Shown here in pieces: positions 7,673 to 9,691 of a DNA stretch of 9,691 bases. The notes under the pieces are model-generated. The model had not been told where the DNA came from and did no database searches. It saw only the letters and a list, made by a program, of their open reading frames with translations. Source of the stretch: Rotaria sordida (lineage: Eukaryota); contig CAJNOH010000455.1 in NCBI GenBank assembly GCA_905250005.1, positions 49,238 through 58,928 of the forward strand. Reading direction: 5' to 3'. Numbering within the stretch: the first letter of the stretch is position 1; the number at the start of each line of letters is the position of its first letter. The position numbers and the translations under genes were made by a program.

Positions 7673-7972
7673 CTTCGTTCCTCTTATCGACTTACTCTCT
7701 CATTATCAAACGATACCGTAGCAGATTTTCTCGAACGTAAATTTATCACTTCTCAAGTTCTTTCACAAACTCAAATTATCTCTCAATCATCTTCATTAAT
7801 CGTCCAATTTCAATGGAATACACTAGAAACATTCATTCGAATACTGAAATTCATTCATCGAATGATTCAAGATAATGCCATCATATCAGCACTCCGTACA
7901 AACTGGGATTTTGTGATTACAAACGATATATTTCCATATTCAACAACATTTGTTAATCCAATCATTTATCAA
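7673..7972 (+). CDS. Longest stop-free block (100 codons) of a coding-like region. It has no ATG of its own and no recognised family.
   Basis: It reads LRSSYRLTLSLSNDTVADFLERKFITSQVLSQTQIISQSSSLIVQFQWNTLETFIRILKFIHRMIQDNAIISALRTNWDFVITNDIFPYSTTFVNPIIYQ. Codon usage resembles the 5079-5495 exon: CAA for Gln, and only ~5% G at third positions. It is absent from the ORF track because it lacks a start codon. It is preceded by caatttcaatag, which could be a splice acceptor. Confidence 0.4.
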
Positions 7973-8608
7973 TAGAATTCTTCATGCAGTAGCCAATTAA
8001 CTTGCCAACAAGCAGCAACTGATCAATATCTGAACAGCAAAGAATCAGTCGTTATTTTAGGTTTCAAAGTCGATTGTTATGCGACTAGTACTTTACTGGA
8101 ATGAACACTTGAATATCTTTATAACTTAGCATGTATTAAGCTTCTTCAAAGCATTCATTCGCATGGCATGATTCCCAATGAATATCAATTCACGACACTT
8201 AACTCCTCAATCTCGAGTCATTTTCCACTGAATGCTACTGTTTAGATTCCTCTCAACGAATTACTAATCGAAAGTTGGTCACCTAATGTATCATACTCAA
8301 ATTACTATGAACAATATTTACTATCTACTATCTACTTGCACATATACATATGAAGATCGACTCAATTTCTTCGGTACCTTAATACGTCTTATTAGTCTCC
8401 ACGGTGGTCTAACTAGTTCACTTCGAGTTCTGATTTCATTCAGTGTCAGGGCTTTCAGAGCTCTATTTTGTTACCATCATCAGATATCCATTTACTTGTG
8501 AAGGCCATGGAAATTAGTAACAAGCCATCAATTTCAGGCATATGCATTGAAGAGACAAAATTTATAATCCTTTGATTGATGACTAAATTATAGAAAATCT
8601 ATGAAAAG

Positions 8609-8617
8609 TGTGGGTGT
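8609..8617 (+). repeat. Isolated telomere-like 9-mer TGTGGGTGT.
   Basis: Direct read at 8609-8617. The same 9-mer occurs at 2349-2357 and 3848-3856, and as its reverse complement at 2798-2806. Confidence 0.6.
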
Positions 8618-9691
8618 CGACGCGAATTTTCTCTTTGTTCAAATAATCGCCTACAGTTGTAATGTTTCTCAATAATAGGAAACTGATAGCTATCAAACAA
8701 CGACAACAACATGATATTAAATGATATTGACGTATGTAGCTGTTTTTCAAAAAAACATGTATTCATAAATTTCATAACTGACCCTATAGGATTCATTTAT
8801 TGCACGGCTCGATAGCTAAACAATACAGTTGAAAGTTACTAAAAACATGACATCACTTCATTAAAGTTATGCGATGGACTTTTATTACCAACTTCAAAAA
8901 ATAAAAGTTGTTACCATGCAACATTTACAATATTAACAGTGCGACCTTAGGAGACATATGTCGCACCAATTATAGAAATAGAGAAAACTTTTTTTTAAAA
9001 CAAATTACATCCGGTAAAAGAATTGACTAATCTTAAATTTCATCAAACTATTACGAATAATTGCTTATAATAATGTCTATATCGAACAAGATTAAATGAA
9101 CTAGCTTTCAACAATAAATGTCATTTAATAGTGATGTTAAAAAGCTGATTAATTATGTCTTCAAAAAAAAAGTGTAATATTTTTTTGTTATCTCTGGAAC
9201 TTTTATCCTTCACTATTTTACTGAAAATTTATATAACTTTTTTTTTTCAAATATATCAATGTAGAGTATTCTGTGGAAGTAATCGAGTCATACTACGATC
9301 AGAAGAAATGAATCCTGTGGTAGCTGTAGTGACATTTATCAGTGCAACTTGTTTTGAACTTATGCAGTTGGTACAGTGAATCATAAAAGCATAACATATT
9401 TCTTGACAGATTTTTCAATCGTGTGATGATCATAAGATTTGAAATGTGAGACTATAAAGAAAGCGAAACACATGTAAAACACTAGAAAAAATTCTCATTA
9501 TCACTGATCCTATCATTCAATGACTAAATTTTCTGATGTTTCTAAGAAAGCATAAGTATTCACTAATATTGTATTGAAAATTCATTTGGAATAACTGATG
9601 TTTTCTGAAAACATCTGTCTTCATTGAAAAACAAATGAAATCAATACTAATTTATTGCAATCAATCAAAGAATCATAATTGTTGTAAAAAA

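Larger units (their letters stand above)
7526..8662 (+). pseudogene. Coding-like frame of ~380 codons interrupted by 10 in-frame TAG/TGA codons. It is probably a decayed gene. A multi-exon gene with frame-preserving introns is the alternative.
   Basis: The frame has codon starts at 7526+3n. It begins ATG 7526 (MISLTSVFNQVCFSPFVNDV) and ends at TAA 8660-8662. In-frame stops are TGA 7586, TAG 7670, TAG 7973, TGA 8102, TAG 8243, TGA 8351, TAG 8393, TAG 8414, TGA 8573 and TAG 8591. The segments between stops read protein-like, for example VILLGESRNITVFSSYDFRTVVLLQFQ, NSSCSSQLTCQQAATDQYLNSKESVVILGFKVDCYATSTLLE and TLEYLYNLACIKLLQSIHSHGMIPNEYQFTTLNSSISSHFPLNATV. By hand count this frame carries 10 stop trinucleotides, against 21 and 24 in the other two plus-strand frames. 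Confidence 0.35.

Noticed and set aside
8286-8501. A 71-aa ORF from the track that could become a terminal exon via a 58-nt intron (8217-8274).
   Set aside because: The proposed acceptor (aatcgaaag) lacks a pyrimidine tract. Low G content here suppresses TAG and TGA in every frame, so open frames are cheap. I kept it only as an alternative inside the 7526-8662 discussion.
7526-8662. A variant nuclear genetic code with TAG and TGA as sense codons and TAA as the only stop.
   Set aside because: The 3327-5495 gene gives a coherent product under the standard code with canonical introns. TGA and TAG are frequent in every frame of clearly non-coding stretches such as 4940-5078. I know of no described nuclear code with this combination. 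It is retained only as the least likely alternative in the finding.
8939-8966. A GC-rich 7-bp stem (gtgcgac ... gtcgcac) with a 14-nt loop.
   Set aside because: It is isolated and too short to assign a function. No tRNA, snRNA or snoRNA boxes are recognisable around it.
9597-9615. A 19-bp perfect palindrome, gatgttttc-t-gaaaacatc.
   Set aside because: It is short and AT-rich, and easily arises by chance. There is no supporting context.
1-9691. A prokaryotic reading of the window: operons, defence islands, CRISPR arrays, RBS-led genes.
   Set aside because: No ORF longer than 137 aa occurs in 9.7 kb. The best gene needs GT-AG splicing. There are no direct-repeat/spacer arrays and no Shine-Dalgarno-led gene series.

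Overview
This window is AT-rich (roughly two-thirds A+T by eye), poor in long ORFs, and contains introns. It reads as eukaryotic, metazoan-like nuclear DNA, not prokaryotic. I found no rRNA, tRNA, CRISPR array or operon structure. Short GT-AG introns of 53 and 61 nt, plus dispersed copies of the hexamer TGTGGG, suggest a bdelloid-rotifer-like genome. I recall TGTGGG as the bdelloid telomeric repeat, but that is from memory and unverified. The best-supported gene is a 4-exon plus-strand gene (3327-5495). It encodes a ~249-aa type II membrane protein with a Ser/Thr-rich stalk and a C-terminal 4-Cys, beta-rich domain that I cannot place in a family. The non-coding DNA around it holds three degenerate palindromes: 2345-2812 (ending in inverted telomere-like hexamers), 5823-6119, and a well-preserved ~620-bp hairpin at 6616-7235. 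A coding-like stretch at 7526-8662 keeps a single reading frame for ~380 codons. That frame is broken by ten TAG/TGA codons and contains no TAA, and the strand is strongly C-rich and G-poor. It is most likely a decayed or oddly structured gene. Two further gene fragments (minus strand 1-236, plus strand 754-1175) are weak calls. All coordinates, alignments and counts were done by hand from the sequence. No homology search was possible.
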